A stretch of DNA of 56,236 nt, the filler included, from Bipalium vagum (Eukaryota), in assembly GCA_037834085.1 (NCBI GenBank). It is 3 parts of 3 records of this genome, joined end to end, with 100 filler letters (N's around TTAATTAATTAA, not from the genome) between each part and the next. Parts side by side here need not be neighbours in the genome. Positions count along the whole stretch, not along the records: positions 1 to 21,308 come from JBBMKC010239094.1; positions 21,409 to 38,633 come from JBBMKC010070078.1; 1 more part is not named here. One strand, given 5' to 3'. Below the pieces are notes generated by a model that worked only from the letters and a program-made list of their open reading frames with translations, had not been told where the DNA came from and did no database searches. Numbering within the stretch: the stretch's first letter is position 1; each line of letters opens with the position of its first letter. A program made the position numbers and the translations under genes. Positions 14,450 to 26,491 of this stretch are shown piece after piece.

Positions 14450-15010
14450 TGAGAAATCAAGTTTTGTATGTATCATACCCAGAAAAAATGGCTAATGAAT
14501 GTTAAGGGGTTGTACCTGTTCAAACAGAAATAACGTAGAACATTTAATTGTTGACAAGTTTTAATATTTTTTTCACATCAAATTTAAATTGCTGTCCAGT
14601 TTTAGAGTGCTATAAAATGCAGATTATAGCGGGGTATTTTTGCACGATTCATAACATAAACATGTAACACACTCGCAAATTCAAAAAGGGTTCTCGATGA
14701 TCCTTCAATTAGAAATCAATCTCAGATCTTTTCAGAAAACGAACAGCTCACTTCAGCTCGTTCAATTCAACACATGTCAGAAGTAATTTATTTTTGAATG
14801 CTCCCCGTTTTTCCATTGAAACAAGAAAAGGTTTAATTACACACTTCATTATTGTTCCAATTACATCATTGATGGAATTGCGTCATTTCTGTCAAAATAT
14901 GCATCAGTCTCAGGTTTAGAATCTTCGTTTATATCTTGAAAGCATTATATCGTGGTTGCTTTAAATACCTATTTCAGCTTTTCAAAAGCCACTTCTATTT
15001 CTAATACCCT
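14450..15010 (-). mobile_element. Highly decayed Ty3/gypsy pol fragment (RT-RNase H linker, RNase H, possibly integrase zinc finger)
   Basis: EVAFEKLK*VF...ETDA, then EL..LK*AVRF and KDHR (TDH-like), then DVKK.IKTCQQ. Confidence 0.5.
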
Positions 15011-15379
15011 TACCATAATGTACAATACAACTGGTGAGAACCAATATATCGTTCATATTAATGAATTCAACCTTTGTCCTTATCGTATTTTTGATAGGTG
15101 TATGTGAATTGCATCCCAAGTTAATTAACTGTTACTATTGTATTATACTCATCGTCACCAGTCTTAGGCAGGTGAAATTTATTAAAGAAAACGTGATGAG
15201 TTCATAAATTAATTTTTGTTAAGCAAATGAATTAAAAGTAATTTGTTTCAGAATAATTAGTCAATTAATATATGTGAAATCTATATTTCTTGTTTTAATT
15301 CATCATTATATTAATAATTAATTATTAGTATATTAATTATTAATCATTAATTATTATAATAATTATTTTAAAATTTACA

Positions 15380-15622
15380 ATGAGCGCCAGACATGAAACA
15401 TGCCAATTTGAGAGAGGTCGTATTGTTGGGTTATTAGAAGATGGTTTCTCGCAGGTTGAGGTAGCACAACGAGTTTGGCGATTCGAGTGTGCCGTCCAAT
15501 GTATTTGGAATAAATGGAAAGAGACACATACATGTGACAACCTTTCCAAATCTGGTAGACCGCGATTAACAGGCAATAGAGATGATCGCATGTTAGTCAA
15601 ATCGAAAAAAATCATTTTGTAA
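15380..15622 (+). mobile_element. Tc1 transposase N-terminal HTH fragment
   Basis: FERGRIVGLLEDGFSQVEVAQRV and SGRPRLTGNRDDRML; truncated. Confidence 0.8.
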
Positions 15623-16185
15623 CAGAAAAATGAAACTTAAAATAATTTAAATAATTAATTTTTAAAAGAAAAAGTACAAAAATGTCAGGTAAAAAACATT
15701 CTTTTAGTCAAAGTTCAATATATAGACATTTTTCAGATGATGGAATTAACCCATTTATATGTGTAGGTCGCTTTCTTTGTTTCCGTTGTCTATTTAAAGA
15801 AAAGAGTGTGGGTGTCAATTCTGGTTGGTAGAGAAAATGATGTTTATGTCATCCATCTCCTAATCACAGTTTGATTTTCCCAATGGCTAATGAGATGACT
15901 GATTTTGAAGAAAATTAATTACGATCAATATATTTTTAGCTTCATCTATCTTATTATCCATTAGTTATGTGCAATAAGTAAAAGAAAATCTCATCGTTAC
16001 ATATCACTACATTTTATTTGATTTGATAGAATATTTAAAAGTAAAGTATTTCTAATTTTCTGGTTTTAGTTACAATTTTTTAACACTTCGAAAAGTTTCG
16101 GTGTTATTGTTAAAATAAATATTGAACATCGATCTATTTTGATTTTTACATCTCATTATTATTGAATAAAATTAAAATTATTTTC

Positions 16186-16320
16186 GGATCTATTTCGGTA
16201 GATGTACCACTTTTTGACGTTTGTTTTAATTCATCAAATAAAGCAGCTTTATTTGTATATGAATTTGATTATTAAAAAAATATATTTAAAACTTGATGGT
16301 ACATCTACCGAAATCCATCC
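16186..16320. repeat. Small MITE-like inverted-repeat element (~135 bp)
   Basis: Perfect 18-bp inverted repeat ATTTCGGTAGATGTACCA (16192-16209) / TGGTACATCTACCGAAAT (16297-16314), extended outward by GGAT/ATCC. Confidence 0.7.
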
Positions 16321-17109
16321 TTATTTTTTTTACATTTGCTATTAATTATCATTCTCATCTTTTCTGTCACTGCTTAGAGAGAAATCGTTTTCCCACGGTT
16401 TCTTACTCAAGGAATCCAGATCACATTTTTTACTGTTTTAGGTATCTCGACTGATCAGTTTATTATTATTACTTAGCTTGTTTTAGAATTTCCATTTTTT
16501 ATTATTTTGAGTGATTAATATTTTGAGAACATTTTTATTAATATTGTTTTAAATGAGAACAATAATCTTAATAAACGATCTTACATTATAATGATAATCA
16601 TAAATATAATAAAATTAGGTGCTATTAATAATTCATCTTGAGATGGATAAATGAAAGGGGACATAGATAATGACAGGATAATTAAATAAATTATTTAGAC
16701 CAGTAGAATGCGTTTGAGCTGAGCTCTCGGTAATACCCCCGTACTCCATTGGTAAATGAAAAAAATAAAAATAAAGGTAAATGAATGACAAGAAATTTAG
16801 GGAGATGAATGAACGAGAACTACCTTTTTCACCAAGTCGAATGCGTTCAAGCTGAGCTCAACCAAAACTCCTATAATTATATACTATTGCTACTATAATG
16901 GCTTTATACAGATGTTATTTAATGGTAATAAATGAAGTGACAATAAATAAGTGTGTGGAGACTCAAGAAAAACTGACTTATTTATTTAAAAATTGATCAT
17001 TAAACTCTGAAATTTGTGATTTTAATAAAAGTATTAAAAAATGTTTTTATTTTCGTTATTTGTAAAAATAGGAATCTTTAAAATGAATAAATTTGAGTCC
17101 TAACAAACA

Positions 17110-17119
17110 ATTATTATTA

Positions 17120-17160
<41 letters not shown>
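17110..17160. repeat. (ATT)n microsatellite
   Basis: Nearly pure ATT run. Similar short runs occur at ~21914-21941 (ATT) and ~36475-36498 (CTA). Confidence 0.9.
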
Positions 17161-17162
<2 letters not shown>

Positions 17163-17378
17163 ACAAATTAATTATTAAACAAAGAAAATACATAAAAACT
17201 AAAATTAGAAAACACAAGGTTTCTAAAAATAGAAACCTAGCAAAAAAATTATAATATAAATCTAAATATGGAAATAATTCAAAGAAGAAAATTAAAAAAG
17301 GAAAAAATTAAAATATAAAAATAAAACTGACCTGAAAAATAGCATATAAAAGGGAAGTTGAATTTAGAATTAAGGACA

Positions 17379-17469
17379 CGAAAATATTCCATAAAAACAT
17401 TCCACAAAAACATTCCACGAAAATATTCCACGAAGATATTCCACGAAGATATTCCACGACAATATTCAT
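17379..17469. repeat. Minisatellite, 7 x 13 bp (consensus CGAAAATATTCCA)
   Basis: Units: cgaaaatattcca, taaaaacattcca, caaaaacattcca, cgaaaatattcca, cgaagatattcca, cgaagatattcca, cgacaatattcat. Confidence 0.9.
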
Positions 17470-17789
17470 ATACAACGATAATCAGCAGTCATCCGGACTT
17501 TGGAGCAAAAATAACCCTTGTCGGAAATTTCGGAATATATATAAAGGCGCGTGACAACGAACGGTTAAAGACAATCAGATATTTCAAAACAAAACATTCG
17601 TTACCAGTCAATTTAATTTCAAAACCTGTTACCGTAAAGCATTTCAATATCCAACCAATTTATGCCCATTTCAACAGTAATTTTTATTATTAATATTTTA
17701 TAAACTATTATCTCTGGTAGACTATTACGGTTTATACAGATAATTTAAATTTAACATAAATTCATTCATTCTCCCGATAAGCACTATTT

Positions 17790-18300
17790 TATAGGATTAT
17801 CTTTCTTTTTTCTTCTCATCCTCCATTCTTCTCTTTTTGTTTAAGATTTGCACAACGGTTAGGGTTGGCAAATCTTCTTAGGACCTTACCAAAAGTTACA
17901 GGATAACTGTGAAGGATTTAAAGATTCTTATTTAAAATCTCTTTGTAAATTCACATTTTTACAAATCAAAATATTTGTATTGGAATTTTAATTGTTTTAA
18001 TTTGTTCCGAATTACAGGCCATAAATCCTTCTGATATTTAAGTAGTTCATGTTAAGTAACCTTTAAGTCTTTTATCGATTTGTTAAAGTTTGAATTTAGT
18101 CACTTTTAGGGAAACTTAACAAGTGAATAAAATTTTGAAAAGCCAAAATGAAACGAAGACACTTAAATAAAATTTTTAAGAGTGCGGAGGATCGGAAATT
18201 CTTCCTTTAAACCTGTTAAAAATTGTCGGCAATTCAGTAGTGATGTTGTACTCGAGGATAAGAATCTGTGTTTTTATCTTTATATAAAACAGAATGCATA
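17790..18300 (-). mobile_element. Decayed Penelope-like retroelement fragment (RT C-terminal/thumb region)
   Basis: Clearly homologous to 46400-46660 (shared 'cacaacggttagggttggcaaat...actgtgaagga...agattcttatt' and 'ccttctgata'). Broken SV.Y...TDSY motif. Confidence 0.45.
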
Positions 18301-18826
18301 GAACAGAAAGCCAAACAAAATTTTTATGGTTTTTTAAAAAATTTTTAGTTAAGATTATATTAGTTAAGATTAAAGAGAGGCAACCACGAGTACAATCATT
18401 GTCTAGTAATATATTTTAAAGAACATATTACCAAATTATGGAATTAGCCTTCGTCATTTTATACTTTATCACAATTAACTTGGGTTGTTAGTTTAACGTA
18501 CACAAAGAAACAAAATTATTATAAAGTTATAATAAGCTTTTATTTTTTGAAAAATAAATTCGTTTTAAAATGGATCTTTTAATGGATCTTTTAAATGGAT
18601 CTTTTTTTTTAGAAAATCTTTAAAAAAATTGATAAGGAAAAAAAGAATTCAACCTGTAATCAGATATGCGATTTCTACGCTTTCAGTAGGAAGTTAATCT
18701 TGTTTAGACATTTAAATACTACTTACATCATTAATCAATACAATAAAAATAATAATTATAAATATAATTTACATTTGATCTTCAATTTTGGTGCAATTTT
18801 TTAAATCTCTAAAAACGAGTAATAAA

Positions 18827-20170
18827 ATGACCAATCAAAACAATTTTAATTTTTATTGTGAGGTATGTGATAAACACTTTGAATGGCATACAGCTTTAAT
18901 AAATCATTTAAATTGGGTTTTGCCTTACAAAGCTTTGCTGAATCAAAAATACTTAAAAATGAAATAAATACAATTTTAATCTATAAAGCGAGAGACCCAT
19001 TATAAAGATTAGCAAATATATTTTCTGAAATATATTCAACATCACTTTACATCAAAATTGAAAAGTTAGAATTATTTCATTAAATATTTCGTTGATCTTC
19101 AAAATCACTGCAGGTTTTTTGTCAAGGTTAATGTAATATTTCTTATGTTATACAGTTTTTTAGAATCCAGATTTAAATTGTTTTTTTTAATTAGATGAAC
19201 ATTTTATGGGAGCACTGTGACTTAAATAGTGACTACTTTCGTTAAATTCAATTAAAATACTATATAGTTACAAAAGTAAAGCTGAAAATTATATTATTAC
19301 TTTGAAATAATAATATTACTGAAAATAATATTACTTTGAGATTAAAATTATTTAAAACAAAAACAAAATTCTTCAGCTATATCAAATGAGATCCAAATAT
19401 TTCATCCAATTTTAAATTATGAATTAGGTTTTTACTTTATTTTTTTTCATTTAATTCTATATTTAATATTAAGAAAATAATAATAATAGAATTATTTAAA
19501 TTCAAAAGACAAACTATATATAAAAGATCATAATATTTAACACGGAAAGAATATGAAATAAACTAAATTTCTAAGTTAATAGAAAATGAATTTAAATATG
19601 AATAAACTATGGAACCTTTTAAAGATAATGGGAATTATATAAAAATAAAACCAAGTCAATTTTTTGTAGATTGCATATTGCTATTTTTGAAAGGATGTGA
19701 ATATACAATTAAAAAGCAGAGTGCATCGGTAAAGGTTTTAGGGTTAAAAGTTTTTAAAAAATAAAAAGAAGGAATACATTATTATTAAACAAGTTGATAT
19801 TACAAATATAAATAGAACTCTGATTAAATTCAATAGAGTTTAAGTTGCATATTCTTAATAAATGTGGTTAATATAATGGAGAAAGAACCGGTGTAATATG
19901 TGACTTTTAAGTAATACAACTAAGAAAAAATAGATAGTGTATTGTTGAAAGACCCATTTTCCAATTTATTATCCAGTAATAGTAAAACGGATTACATTCA
20001 GCAAATGTAATTCAGCACCTGATTTAATTTAATTAAGTAAATTTGTCAATGGTAGGGGTACAGTTTCCATATAACAATTATTAAAAATTTCGTTACCAAG
20101 GTGAGATAAGCTGAGAAACGCTTTTAATATTTACCAAAACGTGGATGAAAAATATCAGACCCGCACAAAC
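18827..20170 (+). pseudogene. Possible decayed element: N-terminal zinc finger plus tyrosine recombinase relic
   Basis: ATG 18827 MTNQNNFNFYCEVCDKHFEWHTALINHL (CxxC-x12-H). At 19875 NGERTGVICDF, then SKT (HKT-like), and AFN..QNVDEKY near 20120-20155. Many stops. Confidence 0.4.
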
Positions 20171-21308
20171 ATGGTTCAGACAGGTGCGTTGATCGAATTA
20201 AGCAATCAGAAGAAGTAGAACCAATTCTAGAAAATTTGGTGGACAAAATAATCTATTTTTATTATTACTGAAGATCTTGTTAAATGAGTAATTGTTGTCT
20301 CGATGATCTTCTAAAACTCAATAATAACAAATCGATACATAACCCAGTTGAAGGAAAAAAACCGAGCTTGATTTGTTAATAATAATTATAGTGTTATAAT
20401 TCTCCACTTATCAAAGTTCGTCCGTCAATATTAGCACAACCAGTACATAGTTATCCGACCAATGCCACAGGGTTTTTTGCCTGACAGTGGTTAGGATAAA
20501 CAATTGATCAATGGAAAATTGAAGGTTCAAATTAATGATGGCTGTCAGTTGATTATCATATACGACTGAAACCAGATTGAAAGGATCAAGTAGTTTGCAA
20601 GTGTTTGTATAGATAATTTGAATCAATCGTCGCTGATCATGACAAAATTTCACAGAAATGACATCCATCCCGACGAGGTTTATTCAAAAATCGAATTACT
20701 TCATTTGTTTGAAACTGTAATCATCATTTGTCTGTAGTCTATGGGAAAAAACATCCATCCGTGTTTTTGTGAAATCAATTTTTAAATTTCCGTAATGAAT
20801 AAATACTGCTGAGATTATTCTTTTTCTAATTACAATGAAAAGTAAAGTAATAAATTGCATAAGAGTTGTTCAAATTAAGTTACATAAAATAGACTAAAGC
20901 TCAAAAACCATAAAATACAGTTAACACATTAAACAATAAAATATATAAGAAACAGAGACAGTTGACGTATAATACAAAGAGTTTAGTTTGATAATCCAAC
21001 TTAGTTTGCTCATTAATATATGGCACGAGGTATGCTCACAAATTTTAATATTGAAATTTTAAACTTCAACCCAAATTAAATAATTGGATAAATGAATATT
21101 TAAACAAATTCTAAACCGATTTTTAAAGATACTATTTAAAGATACTATAAATCATTTTATCTTTATAATTTAGAAAAAATGAAGAAGTATGTAATAAAAA
21201 ATAACCATAATTCTGAATTTAAATATTTAGGTTAAGATAAAAATTTTATGAAATTGATTTTCAAAAATATTCTGAAAATCTGAAAAAAACATTGACTTTT
21301 TTATAAAA

Positions 21309-21408
21309 NNNNNNNNNNNNNNNNNNNNNNNNNNNNNNNNNNNNNNNNNNNNTTAATTAATTAANNNNNNNNNNNNNNNNNNNNNNNNNNNNNNNNNNNN
21401 NNNNNNNN
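21309..21408. other. Artificial scaffold linker N44-TTAATTAATTAA-N44
   Basis: Exactly 100 bp; the core is a palindrome with stops in all six frames; identical to the linker at 38634-38733. Confidence 0.97.
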
Positions 21409-21913
21409 TCTTCTTTTAAATCTTTATTCATTTAATCAGAGATGTTTCACTTGCAAACCCAAAAAGATCTATTCTTGCGTCGAGGAAATTCCTGGATAAG
21501 AAGTCCACATTGGCGTTTGGAATCACCTAAGGTTCCAGGAGCTCTGTGCAAAGGATTTTATGAACATCAATGAAATAAATTAGTAATATATTATTGATTT
21601 AGAAGTCATTATTGAATTAAAAATATACGACCGGAGACGACGGTCAATTGTTCTCTGGATATTTACATAATGAATTAAAGTTTCATTTAATGGTTTCATA
21701 CAATGGCTGCATTTCGTTCCATTTAACAACTCCAAATGTAATGTCAGCACGAGACCTACAATAAGTTTTACAATAACAATAACGACAGTATTACCATTAA
21801 TAATAACAAAAATGAAATTGGACATAAAACATTCAAGGAATAATGATTCTAGGCTTAAGAAAAATAATTTTTAACGAAATTCCGTTCTCAAAACCGATTT
21901 TTAACACAAAATA

Positions 21914-21946
<33 letters not shown>

Positions 21947-22036
21947 TTGCATTTGACTGCTAAGTTAGAAATGTGCGTTTTCAGGAGTTAGTTTATATCG
22001 GGGTTGAAATTCCGTTAAAATACAATAATTCCGAAT

Positions 22037-22741
22037 TTTGTTTAAATATATGTTGTCATGGTTATGGTATTTTAAATTTTTGTTTTAATGCTATAAAAGT
22101 ATGTCAATTTAAATTTTTATAATAATATCAAAAGTAATAAATAGTACAGACTGTTTCATAATTAGCTCAAAACTCTAAACTTGCTTTAAGAAGTCAAAGT
22201 AGTGAGCAATTATATTTATTTATTACATACAATAACAAATGAACATGCTGTTATAATAGATGCTCAATCTCGTTACCTTCTTCCTACAAAACACGCTGAA
22301 GACGAAATGATAAATTTGGCGGTACACTTTTGTTATCTTCTGTGTAACATGCATCTGAAATGGCTTTAAATTCAGCTGAGTATGCATTATTCGGGAAGTC
22401 TTGATATAGGAGTGTTAGTTTCGCGTGAAACATCTCGTCCAGATGACGTTGGATTACTGCTCGACGAATGCAAATGCTGCACTACTTTGGCAACTGCTTC
22501 AGAGCGTTCATGTTGGGTGCTTAATCTGCCTTGACCTTTCTTATTAATATAATTAGGGGTAGGGTTAGGTTTAAGGTAAGAGTATAACTATGGTAAAGAG
22601 AAGAATGTGGGCTAGAACTAGAATTGTTTTATAGTTGATTTTCGTCTTTTTGAGGTATATTATTATTAAAATACAATTAATTTTTTATTTAAAATAAAAG
22701 GTTTTAAATAACGTAACCATAACAACATAATATTAAACAAA
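22037..22741. repeat. Old inverted-repeat-bounded non-autonomous element (~705 bp)
   Basis: 22037-22076 vs reverse complement of 22702-22741 match 33/40; internal degenerate TTAGGG-like tract at ~22553-22577. Confidence 0.5.
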
Positions 22742-24094
22742 CTAGAGAATTGAGATTTTTTCATCGAAACAGATCCGATGTGGAATTCGTTGGCCGTATC
22801 TATTTATTTTACCAATGAAATGTAAATGATTTGCTCAAACACCTCTCAGTAATTTCATGAGTATTTTGTCGAGAATCTGTCTCACTGACTTCTTTTAACT
22901 CATCATCTACTGTTTGAAAACGTTTTCCATGCCGATCATCTCTCAGATCGATATTTCCATAAATTAAATCGTTGAATGTATCTCCTACATTGACCATTAC
23001 TAATAAAAATGTCACCAAACACATCGCAAATTGTTCGATATGATTCAGCGGCCATCTTATCTGAAATACAAATGCGAAGTTTTGGTCATCCATATTTCTA
23101 AGTTCATTTTTCAACTGAAAATAAAGGAAATAAAAGATAATGTTGATAAAAGTATTATAAATGAGACAAATATACACCATAACATTTAAAACACGCGGAT
23201 GTTTATGCAAAAATAAATTTTATTCATTAAAACGCGAATTTGTCACTTAACAATCTAATATTATTACATTTATTATCATTCTTACCGTTATGGTTATTAT
23301 TGTTAATATTATTATTATATTATTAGTAATAGTAATAGTAATCGTATTGTCCTAATTTTGTCACTCTTCAAACCATTTTCCTATCAAAATATTTCGTATT
23401 TTCTCCTAATTCCATCAAATAATTTCTTCAGGTTTCCATTGAAAAATTCGTAGGAAGCTGATATTTCGTTCTTATTTTCTGCTGGTTGATCCTATCAGAT
23501 TTCCATAAATCATATCGAACATTAAAAGATAAATTTACATACCCCATAATGCTAGATGAGATATCTGGATCACTTGAAGTGGAGAATTGGGAATATTCAT
23601 CTCAATTATAAAGTTAAGATGGTGAAGATAATACTCCATCATTTCTCGTACGATCATAAGAGCAATTTGGAATTTGCAGGCTAATTTTTGATAATTTCTC
23701 TTTTCCATTGGTTTTGATAAATACTAATTCGAGAATTATCGTTTTATATTTGGGGAGATTTGGTGTGGATTTTAATTATTTCGTAATAGCTTGACAATTC
23801 CTGGTGGATGCAATATAATTTATCTTGTATATAGTTTATCTACATTAGACCCAAGTTCCCATGTCCCATATGTTGCACAAAGAACTAACTTTGTGAATCC
23901 TTTTACATGAGGTCTATGGTTCGAAAGTAATTCTGAATAAAAGAATATATGATGAATATTCTGAATTCATGGATTTCTGTAATCTCTGCTAGAGACTATC
24001 AACCTCAAAAAATTTCATACGGACCAAAAAGTTTACATAATCGCGAGTTAAAAGGCTTTAAGAAATTTCAGTGTGTAATTAAATATTCGCTTTA

Positions 24095-24265
24095 TTGAAT
24101 TGCAGTAGGACCTAACTGGTTTGAACAAGATTGGCCAGTCTAAAGATGTTTGCATCTGGGCAGAGTTGGAGTGATCAGCTAGAAACTCGAAAGATGGGGA
24201 GCTACGCTTGTTCAGGTTTAAATTAGAAAAAACACTATTGCAAGACCGCCTCAGTTCTGACGGGC
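24095..24265 (+). mobile_element. BEL/Pao integrase C-terminal (DUF5641-like) remnant
   Basis: IAVG...LHLGRV...SKDGELRLFRFKIRKNTIARPPQF resembles the WxLGRV...GxDGxVRxVxVKT...RP motif. Confidence 0.5.
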
Positions 24266-24451
24266 ATATACATGGTCTAAATAAAAGAATTTGGAAAGAA
24301 GTGTCTTCAATTTTAAAGGTGATGAATCAAAAGTTTGGTTACGAATAACTCATCACAAAATCCGTCAATAATTTATTTAGCTTTTGGAATTTATTTTAAA
24401 CGTTATAACATAAGTGACTTCAATCTCACAAAGGATTTAGAATTTTATTTA

Positions 24452-25280
24452 CAGGGTGTCCCATAAGTCTCTGTGGAAAGTAAACTTAATTATCTTTTTA
24501 TTAAATTCAATCGATTGAAATTTCTATTTCTATAATATTAAAGTATGTAAGTTTACGTTTTGTTTAAATATTTTAAAATTAGATTTAGCAAATGCTGCTT
24601 GATTTGAAGTTAAGAATCAAAATTGTAATTTTAATGGCCAAATTCAACTCAATTTGTGCTGTTAAACGGAAATTAAATGCTGAATTTGGGAAAACCTCAC
24701 CAAGTGAAAGTGCTATGAGAAAGACTTTTCATCGTTTTTGTGAGATTGACTCGGTGGAAGATCATGAACGTTCTGGAAGACTAAGACTGATCACTGAAAA
24801 TGAAGTTCAGTAAATGAGTGAAGTTACTGAAAGTGACCCACAATGCATGGTTCGATTTGTTGCAACCACCTGCTCCATTTCGCAAACCCATTAAATTATG
24901 AGAGAACAATTATCATTGATACCCTTTAAGGTCCGTTTCACCAAGGAATTACATGAAGAGGATTTGCAAGACAGAGTAAAGATGTGCAAAACCCTGGTCC
25001 CAATGTTAGAAAATTTGGATAATCAGGAAAATATTTTCTTTTCAGATGTAACGTTTTACCTAAAAGGATTAGTAAATAAACTTAACGTCAGAAAGTAATG
25101 CACATGTTACTTTTGAAACTGCTAAAAAATCCCAGAAGGTAAATGTTTGGTGTGCTTTGTCAAAAAATAAAATTACCGATCCGTATTTCTTTGAAGATGA
25201 GACTGTTAATGGCAAAAATTATATATAAATACTTCATGACTATTTTATGTTTGAAGTGAGGAAAATGAGCAAAGTACGGT
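24452..25280 (+). mobile_element. 3'-truncated Tc1/mariner-superfamily element (DUF4817-type transposase pseudogene)
   Basis: TA-CAGGGTGTCCCATAAG left end; ORF pieces 24592-24813 and 24898-25098 (RSGR, IFFSD.TFYL.GLVNK.NVR); then KVNVWCALS and PYFFEDETVNG.NY. Confidence 0.85.
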
Positions 25281-26491
25281 CTAACCCCACTAACTTTTGG
25301 AAGTCATCCACTTAAGTTTACGTTTTTAAACTTAGTATGAGTATCCTTAATATTAATGATCAAGGTTAGATACTGCTTATGTATGACAAATAGTAATTAG
25401 TTGAGGAATACAAGTATTTATACTGATATTAACTACTGAATAGTACATCATCTTCAATATAATTTTGAAATTAAAGTGTGAAAATGTAATCAAAAATTTA
25501 AATGTAAAAAAGCTCTTAAAGTACTAAAAATGAAATTTTAAGTCGAAAGAGTCTAACATTTAATGATTATCATATCATTTTACAAGTGCAATATAGAAAA
25601 TATATAAAATAAAAGAATACTAAGTATAAAATGATATGAATTCACCAATTACTTGAGATATTACTTACGCTAGTAATTAGATTTCGAAAATGTAAAGCAA
25701 AATAATTTTCCTATTTAAAGTCACTTTAAAAAAATAACTATAAAATAGTCTATTGTCAACTAAATATTTTATGTTGTGACAATTTTGTTTGAAAATTAAT
25801 GTAGACAGACAACTGAATTTTATGATTCTCATATCCTCTTGTAATATGAGTAAAGCATAACAAAATCTTTTTCTATAATAAAAAATAATTTAGTAAGATG
25901 ACCACAGATATGACATTATTCTTTTTCAATTATATCATTAAGTATATGGTGGTCTTAAGTAAAGATTTTTTAAATATTAATTCGACCTCGATTTAGACCC
26001 CACATATATTTTATAAAATTGAATTTCTCTTCAATTTCCTTAAAATATATTGTCAACTTCTAAGTACCAGAAAAACTGGAAATTATTTCAATTCTTTTGC
26101 ATAATCTAAATCAACCACCTATAAAAAACCTTACACAATTCAACACTCATTTCACTGGATATCGTAATAACGATCGATATTGGTGAAAAATAATATTAAT
26201 AAAGATAAATAAAATCAATTGTGTTCGTCTTGGCATTAAAATAAATCTATATACATGAGGTCAAGGTCAATACATCATTGGAAAATGTGATTCTAAAGCA
26301 AAGACCAACCATTACCTCACGAAGCAGGTCGATCTGGGAACGGAAAGGATAAGGAGTTTTGGAGATGTCACGTAAAAAGAAACACCGGCCGAAGACAGCT
26401 CGCGACAAAGACATAGAAAAAAAGAGAGACAAAAGAAATCACTGGTGCACGCCGGAAGTCAAATGACGGTGGTAAAATGGAGAAAATCAAT

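Noticed and set aside
17358-17693. 111-aa ORF with repeated RKYS..FH..IP, and the repeat array as a CRISPR candidate
   Set aside because: The periodicity comes from a 13-bp minisatellite; there are no spacers and the context is eukaryotic.
21353-21364. TTAATTAATTAA palindrome as a piggyBac site or biological motif
   Set aside because: Centred in identical N44 pads twice; a synthetic linker.
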